Counted from the first letter of the stretch, positions 30,122-41,802 are shown. The stretch is 64,000 nucleotides of DNA from a virus (IMGVR_UViG_3300042887_005324:32001-96000), one strand, 5' to 3'. Translations and numbers: made by a program. The notes: generated from the letters alone by a model not told the origin.

Positions 30122-31519
30122 CTATAATTTGAAATCTGTTCCACCTAAAGCACCATAATTCTTATCAAGTTCATCTTGAAGCTTTTTAACATTGTCTTGC
30201 ATAGATTGAAAGTAATCTTTGTATCCGTGTTCAGGAGCTTCTTTTTCTTGTGGTTTTTCTTTATCGAGTTCCCACCAGTCAAAATCTGGATCATCGTAGT
30301 AACCAAGTGGTGTCCAAGTAATTGTACCTTTATCATCGGTTTTCATCAAACTTGGTTTAGTAATACTTAGTCTATCTTTTTTATTAGATCTTATAAATAC
30401 TAAAGCATCTTTAGTGTATTCACCACCTTTATCTGCCCAGAATCCAAGTAAATCGTACATATTATCTTTAATAGTATTCATGTCGGATTCAATTTCTCTA
30501 AATGCTCTGTTGAATAGTGATTGATGTTCGTTCCATATCTCTCTTAGGGTAATTCTTTTACCATTTGAACTAGCAATTTTTAATTGATTATGAGCAGAAT
30601 CTAACTTATCGCCCCAATATCCACCAAACATAACCTGATCAGATGAAAATTCTCTTGGCATTTGACCATATTCATCTCTACTTATATCATATAGTAGGTA
30701 TAAACGAGAACATTTATCTTCTGGTGGTAATTTCTTGAAAATAACAATATAGAGTAGATATCTTGGAAAGTCTTGAATAAGTTCTTTAGTTTGAACTTCT
30801 TTTTGCTTACCTGGTAAATTGAATAGTTTTTGCCACCAATTCTTTACTTCTCGAGTTGTTTTCTTAGTTCTATACCAATTATATCCACCATAATAAGATC
30901 CTTTAGTGATATATTTTTCAATCCAATCTAAATTCTTTTTAAGTGCCATCATCCAAGGCATATCAGATGAGTATTTTATTGCAGCTTTATATGTTTTAGG
31001 TTTAACAGCCATTATTTCATTATCGTCATAAATAACATCAAATTCAGACTTATCAACAATAACATCATCTTCAAATAGAATATCCCAACCACGAGTCTGA
31101 TCACCCATTGTGTTCAATTTTCTAACATTCTTTTCAACTTCTTTAATTTCTAATTTATTCCAATCTTCTTTTGTAAAAAAGATAACACTGCAATTTCTAT
31201 CAGTTTGATTTTTGTTAATTACAAGAAATTTTAGTCCTTCAACATTAGATCTGTGTCTGATATCAGATACTGCCTCATAAAAGTTATTTAATCCAATAAA
31301 TCCAACAATATAATATCTTAAATAATATTTCTTATCAGATTTATTATATTTAGTATATTCTTTTTCTGATAATATTTTTTTAGTATCAAAATTTGGTAAA
31401 ATCCATTTAGTTTCACATCCTCCAACTTGACCTGGTATATAGGCAGTAATATCTTCTACTTTTTGAATAGTCTCGAGAACTTTATCATTAAAATCTTCAA
31501 ATAGCTTAAGATATTTCAT
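30122..31519 (-). CDS. Hypothetical protein, CTS-like N-terminus
   Basis: Likely start ATG 31519 (MKYLKLFEDFN), overlapping the upstream stop; ends TAG. Confidence 0.75.
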   Translation of the reverse strand: MKYLKLFEDFNDKVLETIQKVEDITAYIPGQVGGCETKWILPNFDTKKILSEKEYTKYNKSDKKYYLRYYIVGFIGLNNFYEAVSDIRHRSNVEGLKFLVINKNQTDRNCSVIFFTKEDWNKLEIKEVEKNVRKLNTMGDQTRGWDILFEDDVIVDKSEFDVIYDDNEIMAVKPKTYKAAIKYSSDMPWMMALKKNLDWIEKYITKGSYYGGYNWYRTKKTTREVKNWWQKLFNLPGKQKEVQTKELIQDFPRYLLYIVIFKKLPPEDKCSRLYLLYDISRDEYGQMPREFSSDQVMFGGYWGDKLDSAHNQLKIASSNGKRITLREIWNEHQSLFNRAFREIESDMNTIKDNMYDLLGFWADKGGEYTKDALVFIRSNKKDRLSITKPSLMKTDDKGTITWTPLGYYDDPDFDWWELDKEKPQEKEAPEHGYKDYFQSMQDNVKKLQDELDKNYGALGGTDFKL

Positions 31520-32481
31520 TACTTTAATTTGATGTTCAAATATAACCAAAAATCATTAGATGTCACACTTATTTGAACTTTATCTGACCACTTGAATTGA
31601 ATCAAAAAGTTTCTAAAATTAGATTTAACATTCTCAATTTCATTTTCGTCAATTTTACCGTTGTCCCATTTTCCAATTCCATAATAGCCAAATGTTATAA
31701 CATCTTTGTTTATCATTGTAGACTTTTTATTATCAGATGAACCAATTGAAAAACTTTTCATAGATTCCTTGATTTTAGAAATCAAGATTAATTTGTTTAT
31801 ATCAAAATTAACTAAATTCATTTTCATGTTAACAAGTGAAGGCGAAGATAAAGTTAGTAAATAATTTACAACTCCTTTTGTTATCTTAATTTGACCAAAA
31901 GGAATTACTTGAGTATCATTCATTATACCATATTGAAAATCTAATTTAGAAGTTATACCATAATATAATTGACATTCATTTTGTGTATAATCCAAACTTG
32001 ATATGAATTGATCAAAATATTGGTATCTTGACATTACTGACTTAACATCATTTACTGGTAGTTCTATTGTTTTATATAGGAAAATAAAATGATCAGAATA
32101 AGACTTAAAATCTATATTTATATTTTTTTGACCTAAAGCCGTGATTACTTTCAGAAAACATTTGAATAGATTCTTACCACCTAATATTTGATTTGACTCT
32201 AAAAGATTCGCATCTACATAAGCTGTGATATCTGGATCTTCTTCTTTTTCAGTTCTGTTTCTATAATCTTCAATTAACTTTAATATAGTATTTTGAGTTT
32301 CTTTATCCAATAAGTTAATTGCATTTGAAATTCTAATTGTTGGATCAATGTCTTGTGTATAGTTAGAAATGATATTAAGAATGTATTCATCATTTTTAGA
32401 TAAAGATTCAATATACTCACCAATACTGTCAAAACCTTTATAATAAGATTCTTTAATATACTCTTTATACTTTTTAATCAT
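31519..32481 (-). CDS. Hypothetical protein, CTS-like N-terminus
   Basis: MIKKYKEYIKES; late motif at 32486-32495. Confidence 0.75.
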   Translation of the reverse strand: MIKKYKEYIKESYYKGFDSIGEYIESLSKNDEYILNIISNYTQDIDPTIRISNAINLLDKETQNTILKLIEDYRNRTEKEEDPDITAYVDANLLESNQILGGKNLFKCFLKVITALGQKNINIDFKSYSDHFIFLYKTIELPVNDVKSVMSRYQYFDQFISSLDYTQNECQLYYGITSKLDFQYGIMNDTQVIPFGQIKITKGVVNYLLTLSSPSLVNMKMNLVNFDINKLILISKIKESMKSFSIGSSDNKKSTMINKDVITFGYYGIGKWDNGKIDENEIENVKSNFRNFLIQFKWSDKVQISVTSNDFWLYLNIKLK

Positions 32482-32498
32482 AGTTTATATATTAAAAG

Positions 32499-34490
32499 CT
32501 ATAATCCGAATCTATCTTTAGTGGCATTGAAATTCTGTAATACTTCTGTAGAATTCAATACTTTATTATACATTCTAGATAGAGCGATGTTACCAGTTAA
32601 GTAATCATCCCATAAACCTAATACAAAATTTGATGTTTGGTTTTGACCAGTTCTAGTTAGACTAGCTGTGTTATTCTCAACACCATTTATATAAATTCTA
32701 GCAGTTGCTGAGGTATTATTAGAATCACCTTCATAAACACAAGTCACATGATACCAAGTATCTGAGGATAATGAATTAGTTGTTGTAAACGATGACCCTG
32801 AGTCAATTTCCCATCTAATATTATTACCTTGAGCTTGGACATTTATATAATTACTGTTCATTGGATCATTAAAAGCAAACAATCCTTCATAAGCAGAACC
32901 ACTAAATTTAGCAACACACTCAACTGTAAATCCATTACTGAAATTAATAGTATATGTAGAAACAGAATCAGCAGTGTGACTTCCATCAAAAATAATATAT
33001 CCACCATCATTAGGACTATATGATAAACTATTCATTGTTAAATTTCTTGAATTTCCAGAAATATCAAACCAAGTTGTGCCAGTGCCAGGATATGATTGAG
33101 GTAATCCAGCATCAACATAAAATTGTAAACTTTCTGTTACATAAGGAGGTGCAAAAGAAGGTAAACTACTTGTCCAACCAATATTAGAAGCAGTTACACT
33201 ATGTAATAAACCACTCACATCCACACTTGGTGTTGTTTGTTGGGAGTGTATTAAAAATTTAGTATTAGAATATGTTGCACTTAACTGAACTTCTGGAACA
33301 CTAAAAGTTCCAGTATATAAACCAGTTCCATTTATAAATCTAACATTACTAATAATACCATTAAAATAGTAATCACTATATGATGTATAATATCTACCAA
33401 CAACTAAACTGCTAATAGTATAATCTGTAGTATCAGCAACTTTATTAACTAAATTACCATTAATAAAGTAACTTGAAGTACCACCAGTTCTTGATATAGC
33501 AACATGATACCATTCATCATTACTAGCAGTATATGTTGATAGTCCGGTTCCTGCTGAAGAAAATTCAATTAAAGGTTCTGATGTATTTGCCGATTGAAGG
33601 TTTATAGATATATTATTGTTACCAACTTGTCTTTGGGAAACAATCCCGGTATAAGGATTACTTGCTGTTGATGCCTTAAAGAAAGCTTCTACTGTAAAAT
33701 CATTCGTGCCTAAAACATAATCATTTGATGTGCTTATTAAATAAGAATCAGTATCATTAAATGTCATACTACCAAAAACATATCCATGTACAACTTTATT
33801 AGAATTAAAATTAGACAATATTCTACTCACACTAAATGCTTTGTCACTAACTCTAACTTTAGAAATTTTACCATCAAAATAAGTATTATAAAAATGACCA
33901 ATTTTTAAAGTTGATGTATCAGAAACACTATGTGTTCCAGGAGTATCTGTTTCCTTTAACTCACCATTAAGATATAGTTTTCTATTAGTTCCATCAAAAG
34001 TAGCAACACCGTAATACCAGTTACCAACTATCATTGAAGATGTTCCTGACAAACTAAATGTAATATCATTATTCCACCAATAATTAGTAAGTCCATTAGC
34101 AGATAGTCTAAGAACATTTGACATATTATCATTACTAATTGTTCCCCATCCAATAATAGCACCTTGTTCTAGAACATCATATGAATTTGAGTTAAACCAA
34201 GCCTCAATTGTGTATTGTGAATTTCCAGCTGGAATACCCTCTGATTGTGTGAATGAAATATAAGAACTTGAACCATCAAAAGATAATGATGTACTAGGTA
34301 TTGAACCAGTAACAGATGAAACATTATTCAATATACCATTATTTTTTCTTATACTTAAATCCGACCAAGTTACTCCTGTGCCTGGATAACTCAATATATT
34401 ATTGGAGTCAAGTGATAAAACCAAACTTGGTGTCGCACTTCCTTGAAATAATCCTTTAGGTCCTAAAAATGTTGAAGCTCTTGATATCAT
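32499..34490 (-). CDS. Triple LamG/concanavalin-A-like domain protein (putative receptor-binding adhesin)
   Basis: Three repeats of (Y/F)TxExW/F...WYHV...YxNG...G.IS..R; SYPGTGxTW.D.S motifs. Confidence 0.8.
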   Translation of the reverse strand: MISRASTFLGPKGLFQGSATPSLVLSLDSNNILSYPGTGVTWSDLSIRKNNGILNNVSSVTGSIPSTSLSFDGSSSYISFTQSEGIPAGNSQYTIEAWFNSNSYDVLEQGAIIGWGTISNDNMSNVLRLSANGLTNYWWNNDITFSLSGTSSMIVGNWYYGVATFDGTNRKLYLNGELKETDTPGTHSVSDTSTLKIGHFYNTYFDGKISKVRVSDKAFSVSRILSNFNSNKVVHGYVFGSMTFNDTDSYLISTSNDYVLGTNDFTVEAFFKASTASNPYTGIVSQRQVGNNNISINLQSANTSEPLIEFSSAGTGLSTYTASNDEWYHVAISRTGGTSSYFINGNLVNKVADTTDYTISSLVVGRYYTSYSDYYFNGIISNVRFINGTGLYTGTFSVPEVQLSATYSNTKFLIHSQQTTPSVDVSGLLHSVTASNIGWTSSLPSFAPPYVTESLQFYVDAGLPQSYPGTGTTWFDISGNSRNLTMNSLSYSPNDGGYIIFDGSHTADSVSTYTINFSNGFTVECVAKFSGSAYEGLFAFNDPMNSNYINVQAQGNNIRWEIDSGSSFTTTNSLSSDTWYHVTCVYEGDSNNTSATARIYINGVENNTASLTRTGQNQTSNFVLGLWDDYLTGNIALSRMYNKVLNSTEVLQNFNATKDRFGL

Positions 34491-34506
34491 TATCTATTTT
34501 ATTTAT

Positions 34507-37500
34507 TTATGATGCGAATGTTCCCATTTGTCCTAATACTTGAGCAACTGTTCCAGAACTATTAATAATAAACATAAGTCCAATTATATCTACTTGATCT
34601 GCATTACCAGTTGGTGCTTCACCATTCGCCCATTTAATTGTATGAGATGTAGTATTGATTGTAAGACCCGTAATCATATATGCACTACCACCTTGATTTA
34701 GTATAAGTGTGTAAGTAACAGTTGTATTAGGGATCAAAGGTACACTTGTGAAGTCAACATCAAAGTCTGTTGTTAAAGAACCAATATATTTTACTGCACC
34801 ATCTGTGAAACTAATTGATACTGGAGTTGAAGTGATTGTACTTGTTGTATCAGAAACTTCGACTGTTTGTCTAAAGTTAGTTGTGCCGTTCATAAATATA
34901 GTATTATTAAAATTACAGACTGACAAACCAGTACCACCTATTATTACAGAGTTACTTGTACAACAAAGTGTGTTACAACATCCACCTATAATAGCTGAGT
35001 TGTAAACATTACCACTTTCGCTACCTATCATGTTACAATATCCACCAAGTATTGATGAGTTTTTAAGGTTTCCGACGTAAGTATACATACTATTACATCT
35101 ACCACCAATAACTGATGAATAACAATCTCCATAAGTACAATTCTGTTTTCCCGATAGTATTGATGAGTAACAAGAACCATAGGTTCCATTACTAGATCCT
35201 CCTAGAATTACAGAATAATCAGAATCTTGTAATTTGTTACAACAACCTGATAGTATACCTGAGTAACAAGACGAATTTACTCGAGCACAAGCTCCAGTAA
35301 TAACAGCTGAATAACGACTATTACTACACACACAGTTATAACAACCAGCAATAACAGCTGAATAACAACTACTATTACAAATTGAGTTATAACAACCTCC
35401 AAGAATAGCTGAATGCTGTGAGTTATTTCTGATAACATTAGAACATCCACCAATTATACTTGATTGATCTGAACTACAAATGCAGTTATCGACTCCACCA
35501 ACTATTGACGATTCATAGGAGTAGTTACAGACTCGATTGCTTCTTCCACCAGTTACTGAGGATTGTATTGAATAATTTGAAACTGTGTTTCTACAACCAG
35601 CTCCGATAAAGGATCTTATAGAGGCGATATTTATGCAGTTATAGTAACCACCAGCAATGACTGAATTACAAGTTGGGTCTGGAGAACCTTCAGTTCCAAT
35701 AGAGTTACAGAAACCACTAACCACAGCAGACAGTCTTGAATCACCCTGTATGGCATTTTGACAACCACCCACAATAGATGACATTCTAGCATCTTGTTGT
35801 ACCGTGTTTTGACAACCGCCTAAAATTGTCGAAGAATGAGCGTACCCACAAATTCTGTTACTGCGACCACCTAGTATACCTGAATAATAGTTACAATCAC
35901 CACCTAAATTAAAAATACAGTTGTTTTGTCCGGCGATAATAGCTCCTGCATAACCTCTACACATATCATTGTTATCACCACCACTAATTATTGATTTGCT
36001 TGATCTACAAAGTGTGTTATTTCTACCACCCGTTACGGATGAATGGTCACTGTTATCATCTATTACATTTTGTTGACCGCCAAGTATTGTTGAATTACCT
36101 GATCCGTTATAGATGCCATTCGAGTAACCACCAAGTATTGTTGAATAAGATGAGTTACTACAAATGTCGTTACATCTTCCACCAATAATTGATGAGAACC
36201 CAGAGTTGTCACATATTTTATTTATATTCCCACTTATTACTGAACTACCAACAGAACCATCTACTCTATTAAGAGTACCTCCAATAATACTTGCTCCAGC
36301 CGAAGCGGTAACACCATTATAAGAACCACCAATTACAGAACCATTACTTGAGTTATAAATATAGTTACTTGTACCAGTCATTGACTCAGTTGCACCGTTG
36401 ATTATACCCCCAAAATTTGGTTGTAAACTAACTAATGTTCTATAGTTAATGTTACCAAGGCCATCTTTTGTAAGAATCTTATCATCTGAAGGTGAGTTAG
36501 AAACTGAACAAACTCTCAACTTAGGTACAGCGACCATACTATTCACGCCATCTAATGTCATATTGACTCCACCAATTATAGCTGAGTTATATGAGTTATT
36601 TATAGTGTTATTTCTACCACCAATAATAGATGAACGATAACTATAATTTTGAATATTATTTGAACATCCACTCAAGATACCTGATTCGAAAACACACGAG
36701 TTGATAATATTTTGATAACCACCTACAATTGCATCATTCGAAGCTGCTGTACAAATTGTATTACAGTAACCACCAGAAATCACTGAATAGTCAGATCCAC
36801 TACATATTATATTACAATATCCGCCAGAAATTAATGAATAATCAGAACTACAAATTGTATTACATTTACCAGCCACAACACCACTACTGATTGAAGAGTC
36901 ATGAATACAGTTAAAATGACCACCAGCTATGATTGATCTATCACTTTGTCCACAAATTTGGTTTTCGTGTCCACCAAGTATAGCAGTTCTTTGTGATGAA
37001 TTAAGAATAGTATGATTTGATCCACCAACTATTACAGAGTTGTATGATTGACACAACTGTGAATTGCAATTCGATATTATCGAACTTCTACATGCTCCAT
37101 CAATTTTATTATTCTCACCACCAATTATATTCGAATTATTCGAACTAGTTGCGATAATATTAGCGCATCCTGCTAAAATTGCAGAACGATAAGTATTATT
37201 TAGAATTGAATTACATACTCCGGATATAATACTAGAATCAGTAATTTGATTAGATATTATATTACAATATCCATTGTCAATCGAAACACGATATGAATTA
37301 TTAATAATACCGTACCTACCACCCATAACAATTGATATACCAGAGTTACAAATTTTTGATCCTTCACCACCAATTATTGAAGAGTAATCACTATTAGAAC
37401 AAATGATGTTGTAACATCCACCTAAAATTGAAGATCCTTCTGATCCTCCACAAATATTATTAATATATCCTCCAATAATAGCTGACTGATGTGAGTTATT

Positions 37501-39393
37501 ACAAATGAAGTTATTCTCACCTCCTATAATTGTTGCATTATCTGAAGTAGTAATATTACTATTTTGACCACCTACAATTGCTGCATTAGATGAAGTAGCA
37601 ATAGTATTATTTTCACCGGATATTTCGCCACTACCAATAGTAGAAGCTTGTCTAAAAGTTATATTACCATTTGCATCAGCTACCAAGACTTTTGTATTAT
37701 TATTACACTCATCTAAGTTATTAATCTTCAAATAAGGAACCAATACAGTATTACTTTGTGTAGCTAATGTTAAGTTTGAACCACCCAATATAACTGAGTT
37801 TTCAGAGTTAACAATACTATTTGTAAGACCTCCTATAATTGAGTTACCCCCAAGTTTAACGGTATAAATATCACCAAATTCATCACTAGCAGTAAGACCG
37901 CTTGTTATAATTAAATTTGATTCACCACCAATAATTGATGATTTAGTTGAATAACAATCTATTCTATTACAACACCCACCTAAAATACCAGAATTATTAG
38001 AGTAGCAATTTAAAGTATTATAACCACCTCCTAAAATAACACCATAGCCATTATCATTATTACCACCAATACATATTGTATTACAACAACCACCAATTAT
38101 AGCAGAGTATTGTGTTTCACAAATCAAACCACGAGAACCCCCAACTATAACAGAATAATCAGATTCTCCATAAATTTTGTTAACTTGACCACCAATAATT
38201 ACCGAGTGATCTGAAGAACAAATTATGTTATCACATCCAGCTATAATCGAGTTAACTCCAGAACCATAATCTCCAATAACTTTATTACAAGCTCCACCAA
38301 TAATTGATGAGTTACAAGAATTGGATACTATTTGATTATAATATCCACCAATAATAGATGAGTTATTTGAACCAGTCCCACCATAATAACCACCACCAGC
38401 GGTAGAACCAAAAATTTGGTTACAAACTCCACCAATAATTGATGAGTTACAAGATGCTAAATATATAACACTTCTATAACCACCTATTATAGATGAATAA
38501 GAACTTTGACAAACAATTGTGTTACAACATCCACCCAAGATAGATGAATTGCAACTTTGACAAACAATTTTGTTACGAGAACCACCCAAGATAGATGACT
38601 CCCTTGATTCATCACAAATACTATTGCAACATCCACCAATAACTGATGAATTACAAGAACCAAAACAGTAACCATTAGATTCGGTAATTCCATATTTGCC
38701 ACAAATACTATTACAACATCCACCCATTATAGATGATTCACAAGAGTATCCACAAATTACATTATATTGCCCACCAACTATTGAAGAGTTTTTTGAATTA
38801 TCACACACACAGTTATAATAACCACCTATTACAGAAGAACAACTTGATGAATCGTTCATACGGTTACCATAACCCCCAACTATAGATGAATCATTTGTAC
38901 CAGTACAAATTTCATTACATCTACCACCTATTACAGAAGAACCGCAACTATCTTCCATGCAGTTACGACATCCACCCAATATAGATGACCGACAACTATA
39001 GTCATTAATACAGTTTTCATATCCACCTATGATTGAAGATGAGTTAGATTCATAACAGATTTTATTAAGAGTACCTCCAATAATTGATGAATTAAATAAA
39101 CCCTCACCACCACCATCTAAGGAGTTTGTAAGACCACCTAAAATAACACCATTATCAGTGTTGTTTTTGGTGTGACCATTTCCTACAATAAGATTTTTGT
39201 CGGCGTCAAATGTGAAATTTTGTGATCCAGTTGCTGGATTACCAAGACCACCTCCAATTGAAACAAAATCTTCATTTAAAGTACCACCACCCGAAAGTGA
39301 AATTTCTTCAAGATATTGAAAGTTTCCATCCATTTCAGCGATGGTTAGTCTTCTACCGATTTGACCTCTTAATACTAACGAGTAAGTTGACAT
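34507..39393 (-). CDS. Cys-rich repeat tail fibre (SSIIGGxxNxI ~15-aa repeats, probable beta-roll)
   Basis: N-terminal RxxIGRRLTIAEMDGNF anchor; three repeat blocks separated by paralogous VP-L...NI-F/YR linkers; C-terminal KWANGEAP domain. Confidence 0.75.
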   Translation of the reverse strand: MSTYSLVLRGQIGRRLTIAEMDGNFQYLEEISLSGGGTLNEDFVSIGGGLGNPATGSQNFTFDADKNLIVGNGHTKNNTDNGVILGGLTNSLDGGGEGLFNSSIIGGTLNKICYESNSSSIIGGYENCINDYSCRSSILGGCRNCMEDSCGSSVIGGRCNEICTGTNDSSIVGGYGNRMNDSSSCSSVIGGYYNCVCDNSKNSSIVGGQYNVICGYSCESSIMGGCCNSICGKYGITESNGYCFGSCNSSVIGGCCNSICDESRESSILGGSRNKIVCQSCNSSILGGCCNTIVCQSSYSSIIGGYRSVIYLASCNSSIIGGVCNQIFGSTAGGGYYGGTGSNNSSIIGGYYNQIVSNSCNSSIIGGACNKVIGDYGSGVNSIIAGCDNIICSSDHSVIIGGQVNKIYGESDYSVIVGGSRGLICETQYSAIIGGCCNTICIGGNNDNGYGVILGGGYNTLNCYSNNSGILGGCCNRIDCYSTKSSIIGGESNLIITSGLTASDEFGDIYTVKLGGNSIIGGLTNSIVNSENSVILGGSNLTLATQSNTVLVPYLKINNLDECNNNTKVLVADANGNITFRQASTIGSGEISGENNTIATSSNAAIVGGQNSNITTSDNATIIGGENNFICNNSHQSAIIGGYINNICGGSEGSSILGGCYNIICSNSDYSSIIGGEGSKICNSGISIVMGGRYGIINNSYRVSIDNGYCNIISNQITDSSIISGVCNSILNNTYRSAILAGCANIIATSSNNSNIIGGENNKIDGACRSSIISNCNSQLCQSYNSVIVGGSNHTILNSSQRTAILGGHENQICGQSDRSIIAGGHFNCIHDSSISSGVVAGKCNTICSSDYSLISGGYCNIICSGSDYSVISGGYCNTICTAASNDAIVGGYQNIINSCVFESGILSGCSNNIQNYSYRSSIIGGRNNTINNSYNSAIIGGVNMTLDGVNSMVAVPKLRVCSVSNSPSDDKILTKDGLGNINYRTLVSLQPNFGGIINGATESMTGTSNYIYNSSNGSVIGGSYNGVTASAGASIIGGTLNRVDGSVGSSVISGNINKICDNSGFSSIIGGRCNDICSNSSYSTILGGYSNGIYNGSGNSTILGGQQNVIDDNSDHSSVTGGRNNTLCRSSKSIISGGDNNDMCRGYAGAIIAGQNNCIFNLGGDCNYYSGILGGRSNRICGYAHSSTILGGCQNTVQQDARMSSIVGGCQNAIQGDSRLSAVVSGFCNSIGTEGSPDPTCNSVIAGGYYNCINIASIRSFIGAGCRNTVSNYSIQSSVTGGRSNRVCNYSYESSIVGGVDNCICSSDQSSIIGGCSNVIRNNSQHSAILGGCYNSICNSSCYSAVIAGCYNCVCSNSRYSAVITGACARVNSSCYSGILSGCCNKLQDSDYSVILGGSSNGTYGSCYSSILSGKQNCTYGDCYSSVIGGRCNSMYTYVGNLKNSSILGGYCNMIGSESGNVYNSAIIGGCCNTLCCTSNSVIIGGTGLSVCNFNNTIFMNGTTNFRQTVEVSDTTSTITSTPVSISFTDGAVKYIGSLTTDFDVDFTSVPLIPNTTVTYTLILNQGGSAYMITGLTINTTSHTIKWANGEAPTGNADQVDIIGLMFIINSSGTVAQVLGQMGTFAS

Positions 39394-39487
39394 AATTCTA
39401 TTATTATTTTATTAGTTTATTGGATTATATATTAAAAAAAGAAAACTAAAAAAGTCAAACAATAAATTTTTTTTTCATATAAGCTCT

Positions 39488-40069
39488 ATGAATATTGTAA
39501 AACATGAATTTAAAATCTCTAAAGGTGACAGAGAAAAAATCAAAGACCAAAAATCAATGACTATTTGGATGTCTGGTCTATCTGGTTCAGGAAAATCAAC
39601 TATTGCAAACAATGTTGAGTTTTCACTCAACTCATTAGGATATCATACCTATATTTTAGACGGTGACAATACTAGACTTGGATTGAATAAAAACCTAGGA
39701 TTCTCTGAAGAAGATAGAATTGAGAATATTCGTAGAGTATCAGAAGTATGTAAATTGATGAACGATGCTGGTATAATTGTAATTTGTTCATTTATATCAC
39801 CTTTTCAGAAAAATAGAACTCAGGCTCAAGAAATAATCGGAGATAACTTCTTTGAAGTATTTGTTGATGCTGATTTATCAACTTGTGAAGAGCGAGATCC
39901 AAAAGGTCTTTATAAAAAAGCAAGAGCTGGTGAAATTAAAGACTTCACTGGGATATCATCACCATTTGAAGCACCGGAGAATTGTTTAGTATTAAAAAAC
40001 AATACACTCGAAGATTTAGAGAATAATACTAAAACTCTTGTAGAACTAGTAGTAAAAAATCAAAAATAA
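39488..40069 (+). CDS. cysC: Adenylyl-sulfate (APS) kinase
   Basis: [66 protein letters not shown]. Confidence 0.95.
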   Translation: MNIVKHEFKISKGDREKIKDQKSMTIWMSGLSGSGKSTIANNVEFSLNSLGYHTYILDGDNTRLGLNKNLGFSEEDRIENIRRVSEVCKLMNDAGIIVICSFISPFQKNRTQAQEIIGDNFFEVFVDADLSTCEERDPKGLYKKARAGEIKDFTGISSPFEAPENCLVLKNNTLEDLENNTKTLVELVVKNQK

Positions 40070-40074
40070 AATAT

Positions 40075-40536
40075 ATGTGGAGTAAAGTAAATCATGGTGG
40101 AGAACCAACTACTAACCCCGATAAAAAATACGCCATCTTTATTGGTCGTTATCAACCTTATCACTCGGGCCATATTGAATTAATTCAACAAAAACTAAAT
40201 CAAGGTATACCTGCTTTAATCATGGTCAGAGATATTGCACCTGATGAAAAAAATCCATTTACTACTGGCCAAACAGTTGAAATGATTCAAAAATACCACG
40301 CTGCTAAAGGTGATGATGTTAAGGTTGTTATAATTCCAGATATTGAATCAGTAAACTATGGTAGAGGTGTAGGTTATGAAATTAATGAGTTTACACCACC
40401 AGATAATATTGGCTTTATTTCAGCTACAAAGATTAGAGATTCTATCAAGAATGGTGATGACTCTTGGAGATCTATGGTTGATGAATCAATACAAGAAGAT
40501 ATAGTAAATTATTTAACTAAGTATGCAAAAAGCTAA
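40075..40536 (+). CDS. HxGH nucleotidyltransferase (cytidylyltransferase-like; candidate minimal ATP sulfurylase)
   Basis: FIGRYQPYHSGH, NPF, YGRGVGY, ISATKIR. Confidence 0.7.
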   Translation: MWSKVNHGGEPTTNPDKKYAIFIGRYQPYHSGHIELIQQKLNQGIPALIMVRDIAPDEKNPFTTGQTVEMIQKYHAAKGDDVKVVIIPDIESVNYGRGVGYEINEFTPPDNIGFISATKIRDSIKNGDDSWRSMVDESIQEDIVNYLTKYAKS

Positions 40537-40960
40537 AGTTTTTCAGATTAGATTCAACACACATTCAAAATCTGAAGTAGATAGATGGAGACTTATTGAA
40601 AATGGTAACGAAATATTAGTTTCTGACATAATGATTGATGGTCATACATACACCACTAAAGATTGGATGGAAGAAATAAATGATTGGAAATGGCATATCA
40701 GTTGTAAAGGACACTGTGAAGTAAAAAACAATATAGCTTTCATTACTACTGTTAAAGAACAATCTGTCTTATTAAGACACTTTTTGAAAACTATAAGTTA
40801 TCGTTTTTTAGGAACTCTAACCACTGTTATCACAGCTTATTGTCTTGGTGCACCTATTGCATTAGCTTCAATGTTAGGTGTTGGTGAAATATTAATTAAA
40901 CCCGTTATTTACTTTCTACACGAAAGAATGTGGTATAAATTTGTAAAAGTTAAAAAATAA
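40523..40960 (+). CDS. Protein with C-terminal DUF2061-like membrane hairpin
   Basis: RHFLKTISYRFLGT...YFLHERMW. Confidence 0.7.
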   Translation: MQKAKVFQIRFNTHSKSEVDRWRLIENGNEILVSDIMIDGHTYTTKDWMEEINDWKWHISCKGHCEVKNNIAFITTVKEQSVLLRHFLKTISYRFLGTLTTVITAYCLGAPIALASMLGVGEILIKPVIYFLHERMWYKFVKVKK

Positions 40961-40988
40961 AAAACCTCTCAATTCGAGAGGTTTTTTT
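40959..40988. terminator. Bidirectional intrinsic terminator
   Basis: AAAAACCTCTC-aattc-GAGAGGTTTTTTT. Confidence 0.8.
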
Positions 40989-40995
40989 ATATCAA

Positions 40996-41802
40996 CTATT
41001 TCTTATTTTTTACTTTCCAAAACTCTGTATTATGTAGCTTTTTTGCCCAACTATCACCTATAATGTCTTTAGCGTCTGAAGTAGCAGGTAGAAGTTTTCC
41101 TTTTTTAATTTCGTGTAAATCACTACCCCACCCATATCCAGCATCATTTTCTCTAATTACTTGTTCAATACTATTGAAATCATGCTGGTAAAAATCCTCA
41201 CCAATGAAATCATATAGTTTCTTAAACCAAGTTTCAGGATCTGATGTCCATGCTTCATATGGGAAGAAAAGAATTCTATCACCTAAACCTCTCTGAATAG
41301 TATCTAAAAGTGAAACATAAGGTCTACCAATAACACCTTCATCAGAAGTCCAGACACCGACTCTGCCGTCAATTGTTTTCATTTGTGTATTGGAAAATTC
41401 TCCATGAATTTCACCTTCTGCTCTGTTTTTTCTAAATAACTTTTCAAAGCTAGAGCAAATATCTTCTAAGTTTCTAACACAGGCAATAATTCTTGCTTGT
41501 TTACCAGTCACTTTTTCAACAAACTCAATATGTGAAGACCAACCTCTATTTTTATCAAAGATAATTTCTTTATCGGTATTATGATAAGATTGCATAATAG
41601 CTCTGATTACACCCCACTTATCTTGGCCATCCGGAAAAGAACGATGTGATTCTAGTTTATCCCAATTGTCTCTCATTTGTAACATCAATTCTAGAAAAGA
41701 AGAAGTTGTTGTGGAATGAAATCTTGGATTTTGAAGAATTATATTTGTCAATAAGGTAGAACCACTTCTTGGTAGTCCACCAATAAAATAGTGTTTTCTC
41801 AT
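40996..41802 (-). CDS. Sulfotransferase family protein
   Basis: PAPS 5'-PSB loop GLPRSGSTLL, DKNRGW, 3'-PB-like VRN...S, YE motif. Confidence 0.85.
   Translation of the reverse strand: MRKHYFIGGLPRSGSTLLTNIILQNPRFHSTTTSSFLELMLQMRDNWDKLESHRSFPDGQDKWGVIRAIMQSYHNTDKEIIFDKNRGWSSHIEFVEKVTGKQARIIACVRNLEDICSSFEKLFRKNRAEGEIHGEFSNTQMKTIDGRVGVWTSDEGVIGRPYVSLLDTIQRGLGDRILFFPYEAWTSDPETWFKKLYDFIGEDFYQHDFNSIEQVIRENDAGYGWGSDLHEIKKGKLLPATSDAKDIIGDSWAKKLHNTEFWKVKNKK

Noticed and set aside
34507-39393. Diversity-generating retroelement target or DNA tandem repeat
   Set aside because: The repeats are degenerate at DNA level; no adenine-specific TR/VR pair was seen and no reverse transcriptase is present.
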